Origin: Oscillospiraceae bacterium
Lineage (GTDB): Bacteria; Bacillota; Clostridia; Oscillospirales; Ruminococcaceae
Assembly (NCBI GenBank): GCA_034927165.1
Contig: JAYFQJ010000030.1
Span: forward strand, 1-59,443
Reading direction: 5' to 3'
DNA length: 59,443 bases
Shown here piece by piece: positions 8,696-17,165 of the stretch (the stretch's first letter is position 1; every line of letters starts with the position of its first letter). The notes under the pieces were generated by a model. It was not told where the DNA came from. It saw nothing but the letters and a program-made list of their open reading frames with translations, and made no database searches. Both the position numbers and the translations under genes were made by a program.

Positions 8696-9424
8696 TTAAA
8701 GGCATTTGATAATGCTCTTATACTTCTCTATATACTGCACATTGCGCGCGTCGCCGCCGGGCACGTTGCTGGAGGAGTAGGTCTCGAGCGGAAAATTCTC
8801 CTTCTCGGCGAGCTCAACGATATTTGCCGTGATGGCGTGCAGGATCATCGCGCCGGCAATGGTCGACGTCGGACAGATATTGCCGTTCGCGCTGGGCACA
8901 CACGCGTCGCCCAGCACGCCGTGGTTGTCGATCACATGATCGCACAGCTCATACAGCTTTTTTCCGGAGTGGTGCCGGGAGGAGAGCGGCTTTGAGTGTG
9001 TGAGATTGGTCAGCGCCACTGTCAGCGCGCCGCGCTGCTTCGCGCCCAGCGCCATCTCGATGGGCAGGGGATTGATGCCGCTGTTGGATATTACTACGAT
9101 CGCGTCATTTGCGCCGACCTTGTATTCGTCGAGCAGCTGCTCGGCGACGCCCTCACGGCGCTCATACAAGGAGGAAGCCGACGCGGAAACGTGCAGCATC
9201 AACGCGTCGTTGAGAATGGGGCAGACCCGCACAAGACCGCCCGCCCGATAAAAGACCTCCAGCGCCAGCAGGTGGCCGTGGCCGGTGCCGAAGGTGTAAA
9301 GCATACCGCCCTTTTTGAGGCACCCCAGCATTTCCGCCGCGACCTTTTCATAGACGTCCGCGTCGTCCTCTATTTTTCCGATGACGTCCTCTACATATTC
9401 AAAGTATTCCTCAGCGTATTTCAT
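8696..9424 (-). CDS. SIS-domain sugar-phosphate isomerase-like protein (UPF0309-type), copy B
   Basis: LYTFGTGHGHLLALEVFYRAGGL ... VVISNSGINPLPIEMA. GGAGG lies before the ATG at 9424. Confidence 0.8.
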   Translation of the reverse strand: MKYAEEYFEYVEDVIGKIEDDADVYEKVAAEMLGCLKKGGMLYTFGTGHGHLLALEVFYRAGGLVRVCPILNDALMLHVSASASSLYERREGVAEQLLDEYKVGANDAIVVISNSGINPLPIEMALGAKQRGALTVALTNLTHSKPLSSRHHSGKKLYELCDHVIDNHGVLGDACVPSANGNICPTSTIAGAMILHAITANIVELAEKENFPLETYSSSNVPGGDARNVQYIEKYKSIIKCL

Positions 9425-9462
9425 GACATCCTCCGTTTGATCGGAGCCGAGCGTCGGCTCCG

Positions 9463-10704
9463 TTATTTTGCGATGAGCGCGCACAGCTCCGACGTGATCT
9501 GCTCGGTTCCGCCCTTCGGCAGCGGGGATAACAGGCTCTCATACGTTTTTCCGTATTCGCCCTCGTCCGCCATATAGCCGGCATAATCGTCGGCATAGCC
9601 CCAAATGAGGGTCAGCTTTGCCGGGCTCGCCTGCTTGATCTGTTTTCCAAAGCGGGAGAACATCTCGCCGGGCAGCTTGCAGATGCGAAGATCGCCCATG
9701 CGCAGAATAGAAGCGTCGTAATCCGCGATGATGTGGGGGGTCGACAGCTTCAGATCGACCGCAAACAGCGACGACTGCAGGATCTTGTGCTTGTCGTATT
9801 CTTTTTCCGCATCCATCGCCGCTTGCAGCTCATTTCGGCGCTGCTGCCACTCGCTCGTGTCAATATCATATTCTCTGTGGTAATTATACAGCTCCGCGCT
9901 CGGTTGCGCAAGCTGCAGCGGCGCATAGGTGCCGTCCGAAAACATCTGCGCGACAATGCCGTCGCCCGTGCGCCGCAGCTCCGCGGCGTCGTGCCCGTGA
10001 CGGTAGTTGCGGTTGCTCATATCGCCCGCCGCTCCCTGCAGCATGACGGGGAAAACGCCGAAGCGCGTTTCGGTCTCGCGGCTGATATATCCAAGCAGAT
10101 CGCCGCTGACGAGCAGATTGTTTGCGCCGAGCACCGTCGGGTGGCAGGAAATATTCACGAGCGCCGCTTTGACCGCGCCGTCCTCGCCGGTGAACCTCAC
10201 AATGGTGACATCCTTGTCCTCCGGCTTGCCGATGCCGTTGCGATTGCCGTAAAAGCCGTCGATCCTGACCGTGTGGTAGGAGGCCTGCGCCTGCGTGAAG
10301 CCGGTCTCGAAGCATTCCGATATTGTCTCGAAAATCGTCTTTTTCAAGAATTCCTGATAGTGGATCCAAAAGCTGGGGTCGGCGTTCTCATCAAACATTT
10401 TCAGGCGCGCCGAGCGGATCTCCGGCGCGGCGTGGGTGTGGATGGACGCGACGGTCACGAGCGCCGGGTCGATGCCGAACGCCGTGTGCAGACGCTCCTT
10501 CACATATTGAACGATCTCACGCGTGAGCATGAGCACCTCGACGTCACACAGCACGACGAAGTCTCCGTCGATGTCGAGTACTGCGGCGGTGCATTTCAGC
10601 GCATCCAGGACGCCGGCGGATTTCTCGGTGCGCATGGAATAGCCCGCGAGATAGCAGGGCTCCTTCGGAGTCACATACCTTGTGGCGGTGGAAACGCGCA
10701 GCAT
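9463..10704 (-). CDS. Neutral/alkaline ceramidase-like amidohydrolase-fold protein, function unknown
   Basis: The N-terminal pattern YLAGYSMRTEKSAGVLDALKCTAAVLD...VASIHTHAAPE resembles the ceramidase_alk N-domain. AGGAGG RBS. The family call is made from memory only. Confidence 0.55.
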   Translation of the reverse strand: MLRVSTATRYVTPKEPCYLAGYSMRTEKSAGVLDALKCTAAVLDIDGDFVVLCDVEVLMLTREIVQYVKERLHTAFGIDPALVTVASIHTHAAPEIRSARLKMFDENADPSFWIHYQEFLKKTIFETISECFETGFTQAQASYHTVRIDGFYGNRNGIGKPEDKDVTIVRFTGEDGAVKAALVNISCHPTVLGANNLLVSGDLLGYISRETETRFGVFPVMLQGAAGDMSNRNYRHGHDAAELRRTGDGIVAQMFSDGTYAPLQLAQPSAELYNYHREYDIDTSEWQQRRNELQAAMDAEKEYDKHKILQSSLFAVDLKLSTPHIIADYDASILRMGDLRICKLPGEMFSRFGKQIKQASPAKLTLIWGYADDYAGYMADEGEYGKTYESLLSPLPKGGTEQITSELCALIAK

Positions 10705-10705
10705 A

Positions 10706-11920
10706 TCATTGCCTCCTGTGATTTTCAAGCATTTGCGGATTGAAAACCGAATTGCCTTCGGTTTTACGGTCAAAGACCTTCACGCCCCCGACATAGGTTT
10801 CGAGCGCCCGATAATCGTCGCTGATGATGACAAAGTCGGCGTCCTTGCCCGGCAGAAGCGAGCCCTTGCGGTCGCCGAAGCCGTATTTGCGGCACGCGTT
10901 GAGAGAGGAGAGCCGCAGCACGGCGCTCATGTCCATGCCGAGATTCTCCACGAGGTTGCCCACGCCGTACAGCACCGGCTTGCTGCTGCCGCGCAGCCGG
11001 CCGCCCGGCTCGCGCACGAAGCCCTGCGCGTCGACGATGATCTCGCCGTTGTGGCCGAGGAAGCCTCTGTAAACGCCTGCGGGCGCGCCGGAATAGCCGG
11101 TGCAGTCGGAGATCATCATGATCCTGTCGAGCGGCTTTGTGCGCAGGATGAGCCTGAGCATATCATTGCACACGTGCAGGCCGTCGCATATGAGCTCACA
11201 GCAGACGCGTCCGTCGAGCAACGCGGCGCCAAGGCCTCCGACGCCGCGGTGGTGTATGCCCGTCATGACGTTGCACAGGTGCGTCGCCACCGTGACGCCG
11301 CGGTCGAACGCGGCGAAGGCCTCCTCGCTCGTGCAGTCGGAATGGGTGAAGGCGACCGTCACGCCGTTTTGAAGCAGCAGATCGATCAGCTCGTATGCGT
11401 GGGGCAGCTCTGGCGCGAGACCCATCAAGCGCAGCTTTCCGCCGCAGGCGTCGAGCATCTTCCGCACGAGCGCAAGATCGATCGGGCGCGGTTCGGTGCG
11501 CGTCCCTTTTTCGCCCACGCGGTTGAGATACGGTCCCTCAAAATGGACGCCGCCGACGGACGCGCCGTTCTGCGGCCTGCCGACACACGCGGCGACGCCG
11601 CTGAGCAGATCGACTGCCTTCCCGCCGTCGCCCGTCGCGCTGAACAGCGTCGGAAACACAAGCGTTACTCCTTCGCTCGCGACGCCTTTTAAATAGCCGT
11701 CGAGGTCGCGCCCGACAGCGCTCGCATCATCCCACAGCGAATATCCCTGTGTTCCGTGGTTGTGCGTATCAAAAATGCCCGGGATGACGCGCAGGGCGCC
11801 GATGTCCCGGGCACCTGCGCATTCTCCGGCGCCGATGCGGCGAATAACGCCGTTTTCGGTCTCCATGAAGCCGTCCACGACGCCGTATTCGGTATAAATT
11901 CTTTTGGAGCGCAGCAGCAT
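10706..11920 (-). CDS. NagA-family N-acetyl-amino-sugar-6-phosphate deacetylase, divergent paralogue
   Basis: DTHNHG, FEGPYLN, THLCNVM..HHRGVGGLGAALL, ELICDGLHV and GKDADF motifs line up with NagA. ATG at 11920 has GGGAGG 8 nt upstream. The track start at 11929 is a GTG. Confidence 0.8.
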   Translation of the reverse strand: MLLRSKRIYTEYGVVDGFMETENGVIRRIGAGECAGARDIGALRVIPGIFDTHNHGTQGYSLWDDASAVGRDLDGYLKGVASEGVTLVFPTLFSATGDGGKAVDLLSGVAACVGRPQNGASVGGVHFEGPYLNRVGEKGTRTEPRPIDLALVRKMLDACGGKLRLMGLAPELPHAYELIDLLLQNGVTVAFTHSDCTSEEAFAAFDRGVTVATHLCNVMTGIHHRGVGGLGAALLDGRVCCELICDGLHVCNDMLRLILRTKPLDRIMMISDCTGYSGAPAGVYRGFLGHNGEIIVDAQGFVREPGGRLRGSSKPVLYGVGNLVENLGMDMSAVLRLSSLNACRKYGFGDRKGSLLPGKDADFVIISDDYRALETYVGGVKVFDRKTEGNSVFNPQMLENHRRQ

Positions 11921-11925
11921 CCGCG

Positions 11926-12912
11926 TCACCTCCCGTCCGACGGGAACAGGATACCGGCGCCCCGGCGCGCCCTTTCGGTCATGCGTGTGGCGAGCAGACT
12001 GTTTTCAAACAGCTCGTCGAGCCGCAGATAATCCCGCGACAGATAGATGTCGGCGAAATCACACAGCTCATAATAGAGAGCGTTTTCGTCCGTCTGCGCA
12101 TTGTAATGCGCTTCGCCCGCCGCCGTGTGCACGTCAAAGGACAAGCAGCGGCTGCTCTCGTGCGGCAAGTAGATATACCCCGCGTCGCCCTGCAGCTGAA
12201 CGAAGTTCTCGCTGCGGCTGTCCTTTGCGCCGACGGCCTCGCAGACAAAGCCGTCGTACCGCAGCGTCAGCACGCCGGAGGTGTCGATGCCGTTGGCAGC
12301 CGTGTTCGCGAGATATCGGATATCCAAGGGCTCGCCGAATAAGCAAAGCGCAAAATACAAATTGTAATAGTTGATGTCCATGAGCGCGCCGCCCGCGAAC
12401 TCCGAATTAAAAACATTGGGATTCTTTCCATCCACGAATGCCTTATATCGGCTGGAATACTGCGAAAAATTCATCTGCACGAGGCGCAGCGAACCAAGCG
12501 CACCGAGATGCTCGCGCAGCAGCTTATAGTTCGGCAGATGGGGGACGGTGATCGCTTCAAACAAAAACAGCTCCCGCTCCCGCGCCAGCGAAACGAGCGT
12601 CTCCAGCTCCCGCAGCGTGGGGACGAACGGCTTTTCGCAGATGACGCTGCGGCCGGCGCGCAGCGCGTCGCGCGACCATTCAAAATGCAGTGAATTCGGA
12701 GAGGCGACATAGATGATATCGAGCGCCTCGTCCGAGAGGAAAGCGTCTTTGTCGCAGCTGTATTTCGTGACGCCGTGCTTTTTCGCAAAGCCGCGCGCTT
12801 TCTCCTTGTCCCTGGAATAAACGCAGGTGACCTCCATGTCCGGCACACGGCTGACGGCGTCGAAGAAGTTGTCCACGATGAAGCCGGTGCCGACGGTTCC
12901 GATGCGGATCAT
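11926..12912 (-). CDS. Gfo/Idh/MocA-family NAD(P)-dependent oxidoreductase
   Basis: MIRIGTVGTGFIVDNF Rossmann N-terminus and an EKPF motif (VICEKPFVPT). ATGA overlap with the upstream gene. Confidence 0.85.
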   Translation of the reverse strand: MIRIGTVGTGFIVDNFFDAVSRVPDMEVTCVYSRDKEKARGFAKKHGVTKYSCDKDAFLSDEALDIIYVASPNSLHFEWSRDALRAGRSVICEKPFVPTLRELETLVSLARERELFLFEAITVPHLPNYKLLREHLGALGSLRLVQMNFSQYSSRYKAFVDGKNPNVFNSEFAGGALMDINYYNLYFALCLFGEPLDIRYLANTAANGIDTSGVLTLRYDGFVCEAVGAKDSRSENFVQLQGDAGYIYLPHESSRCLSFDVHTAAGEAHYNAQTDENALYYELCDFADIYLSRDYLRLDELFENSLLATRMTERARRGAGILFPSDGR

Positions 12913-13619
12913 TGTGCGTTCTCCTTTGCCTTCTTTTTGTTCTTTTTGTCCGGGTGTGTTTCATGTGCTGCGGCGGCCTCCTGCCGCTCGAGCTTTTTCT
13001 GCTCAGCGGCGTGCTTCTGTTCCGCTATCGTCTCCTTAAAGGTCTTGATGACCATGCCCTTGTTGTAGTAGGCGTTGACGTAATTGATGCCAACGTCTTT
13101 GTTTTTTTCGAGCTTTTGTACGACGGGCATCAGCGCGGGCAGATGGCTGATGAGCACGTTCGGGATTATAAAGATCTGGCCGGGCTTCGCTTCGTCATAG
13201 GTCACGAAAACGGTGCCCTGCGGCACCTCGTCCGTCTGGAAATTCATTTTATCGTAGAATTTCGTATCGACGAGCTTCGTGAGATCGGGCGTGATAATGT
13301 CGCCCGCGAACTCGTACAGCCAGTAATTCGTAAAACTGGAATCGCGCATGCGCATGACGCGCTGCGCGCTTTTGATGTTGGCGACGGCGATCTTTCCGTC
13401 GCGCGCCATTTTTGTGATGACCCGCTTGTCCCAGTTGGCCTCGAGCCACTTGAAGACCCACAGGGAGATCACTGCCACGAGGACAAAGCCGATCAGATAG
13501 GGCGTTTTGTACTGCGGATAGGCGCTGTAAACATAATAATAGCCGCCGGCCAGCGCGAGGACGAGGACGGTGATCAGGATCAGAATATTGTTCAGTGCTT
13601 TTGCGACTTTTAATTGCAT
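12909..13619 (-). CDS. Membrane protein of unknown function inside the PTS operon
   Basis: Two N-terminal TM helices, a soluble domain and a Lys-rich tail. ATG at 13619 has AAAGGAG 6 nt upstream. Confidence 0.6.
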   Translation of the reverse strand: MQLKVAKALNNILILITVLVLALAGGYYYVYSAYPQYKTPYLIGFVLVAVISLWVFKWLEANWDKRVITKMARDGKIAVANIKSAQRVMRMRDSSFTNYWLYEFAGDIITPDLTKLVDTKFYDKMNFQTDEVPQGTVFVTYDEAKPGQIFIIPNVLISHLPALMPVVQKLEKNKDVGINYVNAYYNKGMVIKTFKETIAEQKHAAEQKKLERQEAAAAHETHPDKKNKKKAKENAQ

Positions 13620-13643
13620 AGCGCGCTCCTTTGCCTTGTTAGG

Positions 13644-13681
13644 CAGAGTGGCCACGTCGATCGCTCAAAGTGACCACTCTG
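13644..13681 (-). promoter_or_regulatory. Intra-operon hairpin between PTS IIB and the membrane-protein gene
   Basis: 12-bp inverted repeat CAGAGTGGCCAC / GTGACCACTCTG (one mismatch) with a 14-nt loop, directly upstream of the RBS. No T-run follows. Confidence 0.3.
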
Positions 13682-13738
13682 TTCCTTTTCAATACTATCG
13701 GGGCGCCGAAGCGCCGCTTCCGATAATCCGGGCGAAAT

Positions 13739-14227
13739 CTACAGACCCGCCTTGGTGAGCAGCTCCAAAAAATTCTGGGGCTCGTAGGTGGAGACGGTCT
13801 GCGTCGTCAGCTTGCCGCCGCGCAGCTCCGCGATCTTGCGGTATACGACCGCGTCTTCCTTTGTCGCGGCGATCGCGCGCTTCTCGACCATCACGTAATC
13901 GGTTCCGGCGATGGGCGCGGCGTTGCCGACGTTGACCTCGTCGACGTGCAGGCCGCTCTCCAGGATGCGCAGGGCGTCCGCCGGGAATTTGGCGATGACG
14001 AACAGCGTCTGATCGGGATGCTCCTGGTCGTACTTGATGAGCTCGTCGACCGACAAAACCAGTACCTTTGCATCTCTCGCCGCCAGCGGCAGCGCCATCT
14101 TTTGAATGGGGTCCTTCGCGACGGCGTCGTTGACGACGGCGATCGCGTCGGCGTTGATGCGGCGCATCCAGGTGACGGCCACCTGCCCGTGGATCAGTCT
14201 GTTGTCTATGCGAAGATGTTTGATCAT
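13739..14227 (-). CDS. PTS mannose/sorbose-family EIIB
   Basis: MIKHLRIDNRLIHGQV carries the phospho-His motif. Confidence 0.9.
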   Translation of the reverse strand: MIKHLRIDNRLIHGQVAVTWMRRINADAIAVVNDAVAKDPIQKMALPLAARDAKVLVLSVDELIKYDQEHPDQTLFVIAKFPADALRILESGLHVDEVNVGNAAPIAGTDYVMVEKRAIAATKEDAVVYRKIAELRGGKLTTQTVSTYEPQNFLELLTKAGL

Positions 14228-14640
14228 TTGTTGTTCAGCCCTCTCTGTTTCATAAGTTCATTGACGTCCACCGTTCCGACTTTTGCCATTTCCAGCGTTT
14301 CGGACGTGATCTCGTCGAGATCGTCGGTGTCCTCGCGCGCGGACAACAATGTGACAAGCATTGGCATACTGAGGCCGGAGAGCACGCGCACCTTATCTCC
14401 CAGCAGGTACATCGACCTGTTGCAGGGGGTCCCGCCGAGAAGATCTGCGAGGATAAAGACACCGCCGCCGGTGTCGACCTCTCTGACCTTTGCTTCCAAC
14501 TTGGACTGGAACTCATCCGGGTTATCTTCGGGCCATAATGTCAAACTCACGCACTGACAGAAGTCCGGATACAACATGGGCGCCGACGTCATCATTCCAT
14601 CGGCCATTCCGCCGTGGCTTATCAGAACAATCCCGACCAT
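14224..14640 (-). CDS. PTS mannose/sorbose-family EIIA
   Basis: MVGIVLISHGGMADG carries the active-site His. ATGA overlap with the IIB gene. Confidence 0.9.
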   Translation of the reverse strand: MVGIVLISHGGMADGMMTSAPMLYPDFCQCVSLTLWPEDNPDEFQSKLEAKVREVDTGGGVFILADLLGGTPCNRSMYLLGDKVRVLSGLSMPMLVTLLSAREDTDDLDEITSETLEMAKVGTVDVNELMKQRGLNNK

Positions 14641-14641
14641 A

Positions 14642-15469
14642 TCAGCCCATGATACCGAGCGCGCCGAGAACGAAAGCGAGGACGGCGACGATCAGGATGA
14701 CCTTGACGGGCGAGATCTTCTTGGTCTTGAGCAGCCAATAGCACAAACCGACAAGGCAGATCGGGAGCAGATAGGGAAGGATGCCGTCGAGCGTATCCTG
14801 CAGCGCGATCGTCTTTGTGACGGCTTCGCCGGCTTCGTTCGTCAGCTCTTTGGTGTAGGCATATTTCAGCTTGACGCCGATCATGCTCGGCACAAAGCCG
14901 CCGACGACGGTCAGACCGAGGATCTGCGCGGCCTCGCGCAGCGAGTTGAAATCGCTGTTGCCGCTGATGTCCTCTATGATCTTGACGGAACGGTTGTAGC
15001 CCCATCTGAACAGCGGCCAGCGCAGCAGGAATAGGATGAGCAGCGGGATGATGACCACCGGAACGGCCAGAAGGCTGCCCTCGTTCGCGAGCGACGCGGC
15101 GATGATATAAGTGATGGGCTGTACGAGGACGGCCTGCACGGTGTCGCCGATGCCGGCGAGCGGTCCCATGAGGGCGACCTTGATGCTGTCGGACATCTCG
15201 GGCTGATAGTCCTCCTCAAGAGCGACGGAAGCGCCCATGATGATGGCGGAAGCGCCCGGATGGCAATTGTAGAACTGCATATGCCGCTCGAGGTTTTCGC
15301 AGACCTCGTCGTTGGTATCATACAGCTCCTGCATGATGGGGACCATCGCATACGCAAAGCCGGAGGCCTGCATACGCTCGTAGTTCCAGCACCACTGCAG
15401 CGTCCAGTTGTGACGGTTGGCAGCCTTTTTCAGGGCCGCCTCGGAAAGCTTTTTATTTGTTTTTGCCAT
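14642..15469 (-). CDS. PTS mannose/sorbose-family EIID
   Basis: The N-terminus ...WTLQWCWNYERMQASGFAYAMVP is typical of IID. Multi-pass membrane protein. Confidence 0.9.
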   Translation of the reverse strand: MAKTNKKLSEAALKKAANRHNWTLQWCWNYERMQASGFAYAMVPIMQELYDTNDEVCENLERHMQFYNCHPGASAIIMGASVALEEDYQPEMSDSIKVALMGPLAGIGDTVQAVLVQPITYIIAASLANEGSLLAVPVVIIPLLILFLLRWPLFRWGYNRSVKIIEDISGNSDFNSLREAAQILGLTVVGGFVPSMIGVKLKYAYTKELTNEAGEAVTKTIALQDTLDGILPYLLPICLVGLCYWLLKTKKISPVKVILIVAVLAFVLGALGIMG

Positions 15470-15471
15470 TG

Positions 15472-16215
15472 TTATTCAGCCTCCCCCTTCGTCTTTTTGT
15501 AGCTCGTGAAGAGCGCGCCCGCGGCGATACCTATGATCGCGAGGCCGAGCGTCGGAACGCCCATGAACGCGAACAGTGCGTAGCCGAGAAGCATAAACGG
15601 CCAATAGTGCTTGATGTCCATATAGGACAGCAGAAGCGCGAAGCCGACCGCCGGCAGGCATTTTCCGATGACAGACAGACCGTTTTTGATCCACGCGTAT
15701 TTCTCAACGAAATTGGCGATGACCATGTATTTGTCAATGAAAAGCATGCCGACGAACACGGGGATGAAGCGGCTCCAGAACCAGCCCATGGTGCCCATGA
15801 GGTGCCAGCGCTCGAAGGCCTTGACGTCCTTGCGCGCGAGGGCCTTGTCGCCGCCGTGCTGGAAGACGGTCGTCGCGGCGCGGCCGAGGATATCAAACCA
15901 GGACATCAGCAGCGCGATGACCGAGCCGATAACGATGCCCTGCGTCACATCGCCGCTCTGGGATGCGACGACGACGCCGAACATGGCGCCGACGTTGTAG
16001 TCCGGGATGGTGGCGCCTCCGTAGGTGTAGAAGCCGAGAGCCATCAGGGCGCAGGAAGCGCCGACTTGCAGGCCGAGGGTGACGTTTCCGACAATGAGAC
16101 CGGTTACGAATGCGAAGATAATGGGGGTGTACAGACCGCCCATCGCCAGCGAAGCAAACAGGATCATGAGACCTGTGAACGTTGCCAGCACAAACGCAAG
16201 TAACACTGTGTTCAT
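15472..16215 (-). CDS. PTS mannose/sorbose-family EIIC
   Basis: Hydrophobic 247-aa protein with IIC-like sequence, positioned directly upstream of IID. Confidence 0.85.
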   Translation of the reverse strand: MNTVLLAFVLATFTGLMILFASLAMGGLYTPIIFAFVTGLIVGNVTLGLQVGASCALMALGFYTYGGATIPDYNVGAMFGVVVASQSGDVTQGIVIGSVIALLMSWFDILGRAATTVFQHGGDKALARKDVKAFERWHLMGTMGWFWSRFIPVFVGMLFIDKYMVIANFVEKYAWIKNGLSVIGKCLPAVGFALLLSYMDIKHYWPFMLLGYALFAFMGVPTLGLAIIGIAAGALFTSYKKTKGEAE

Positions 16216-16270
16216 AGCTTACTCCTTACTCAATTTTTTATTTCAAACGGGGAACAACACCCGTCCAAAA

Positions 16271-16975
16271 TCACATATGGTAGAGCCGGTCAAAGTGTTT
16301 GTCGAGCAGCAGCTGGTTGTACGCCTCGCCGCCGTCTATGTTCTGGGATTTGAAGAAGGGCGGGGTGACGCCGCGGGACAGGAGCATCTTCGCCGCCTCA
16401 AGCACGACCGCCTGCAGCGCGACCGCCGTCGTGATCGTCGACATACCGCAGATGCCGGTGTCGAGACCGTCAAGGTGAACGCACGCGTCGCCGTCCGGCA
16501 CCTGATTGTCGATGACGACGTCGGCAAGCTCAAACAGCCGCTTGCCGGATTTGTGCTTGGATGTGAGCTTTTTGCTGGCCTCCACGGAGGTGACCGCGAC
16601 GACCTTGGCGCCGCGCCGCCGCGCTTCGCACGCGATCTCCAAAGGCAGCGGGTTGCGGCCGGAATTGGAGATGATGAAGACGACGTCGTTTTCGCGGATG
16701 TCTACCTTTTTCAAAAAAATCTCCGCAACGCCCGGAACGGACTCGTACAGTCCGTTCGCCGGCTCGCGGATCGCCTTCGTGGGCACGAAGCCGCCCGCGC
16801 GGTGACACAGCTCCAGCGCGCCCGCGTTGGAATGTCCCGAGCCGAACGCCTGCAGGATGCCGCCCGCCTCAAATGTATCGGCGATGCACTTTGCCGCGGC
16901 GAGAATATTAGCGCCCTGCGTCCGCTGCAGCTGCCCCATGAGCTCGTATGCGGTCGTGAATACTTCGTTTTCCAT
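16271..16975 (-). CDS. SIS-domain sugar-phosphate isomerase-like protein (UPF0309-type), copy A
   Basis: LQAFGSGHSNAGALELCHRAGGF ... FIISNSGRNPLPLEIA. It aligns along its whole length with copy B. Confidence 0.8.
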   Translation of the reverse strand: MENEVFTTAYELMGQLQRTQGANILAAAKCIADTFEAGGILQAFGSGHSNAGALELCHRAGGFVPTKAIREPANGLYESVPGVAEIFLKKVDIRENDVVFIISNSGRNPLPLEIACEARRRGAKVVAVTSVEASKKLTSKHKSGKRLFELADVVIDNQVPDGDACVHLDGLDTGICGMSTITTAVALQAVVLEAAKMLLSRGVTPPFFKSQNIDGGEAYNQLLLDKHFDRLYHM

Positions 16976-17060
16976 TTTTATGCATTCCCCTTCGAATGTT
17001 GTGCAATACAAACAAAAAACTTTTACTGAATCTTATAATTAAAGTGATATTGTGTTAACA

Positions 17061-17099
17061 TTCTGTAAACAGAATATCCTCGCCGCGCTTTTTTGTCAA
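17061..17099 (-). promoter_or_regulatory. Candidate promoter with overlapping palindromic operator for the SIS-PTS operon
   Basis: On the minus strand: TTGACA (17094-17099), 17 nt, then TATTCT (17071-17076). The 14-bp palindrome TTCTGTTTACAGAA (17061-17074) overlaps the -10. TGTTAACA is adjacent. Confidence 0.4.
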
Positions 17100-17165
17100 T
17101 ACAGATAGGGGGGAATTGCTGATTTTTCGCGTTTGTTACAATTTTGCCAATCCGATTTGTGCACT

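Noticed and set aside
13700-13723. GC hairpin (GGCGC-TTCG-GCGCC on the minus strand) after the PTS IIB gene as an operon-internal terminator.
   Set aside because: The stem is short and no T-run follows on the coding strand. The downstream genes have no obvious promoter of their own, so read-through is more likely.
17050-17076. Possible catabolite-responsive element (cre) in the PTS operon promoter.
   Set aside because: Neither TGTTAACA nor TTCTGTTTACAGAA has the central CG and flanks of the TGWAANCGNTNWCA consensus. Both are treated as candidate operators of an unknown regulator instead.
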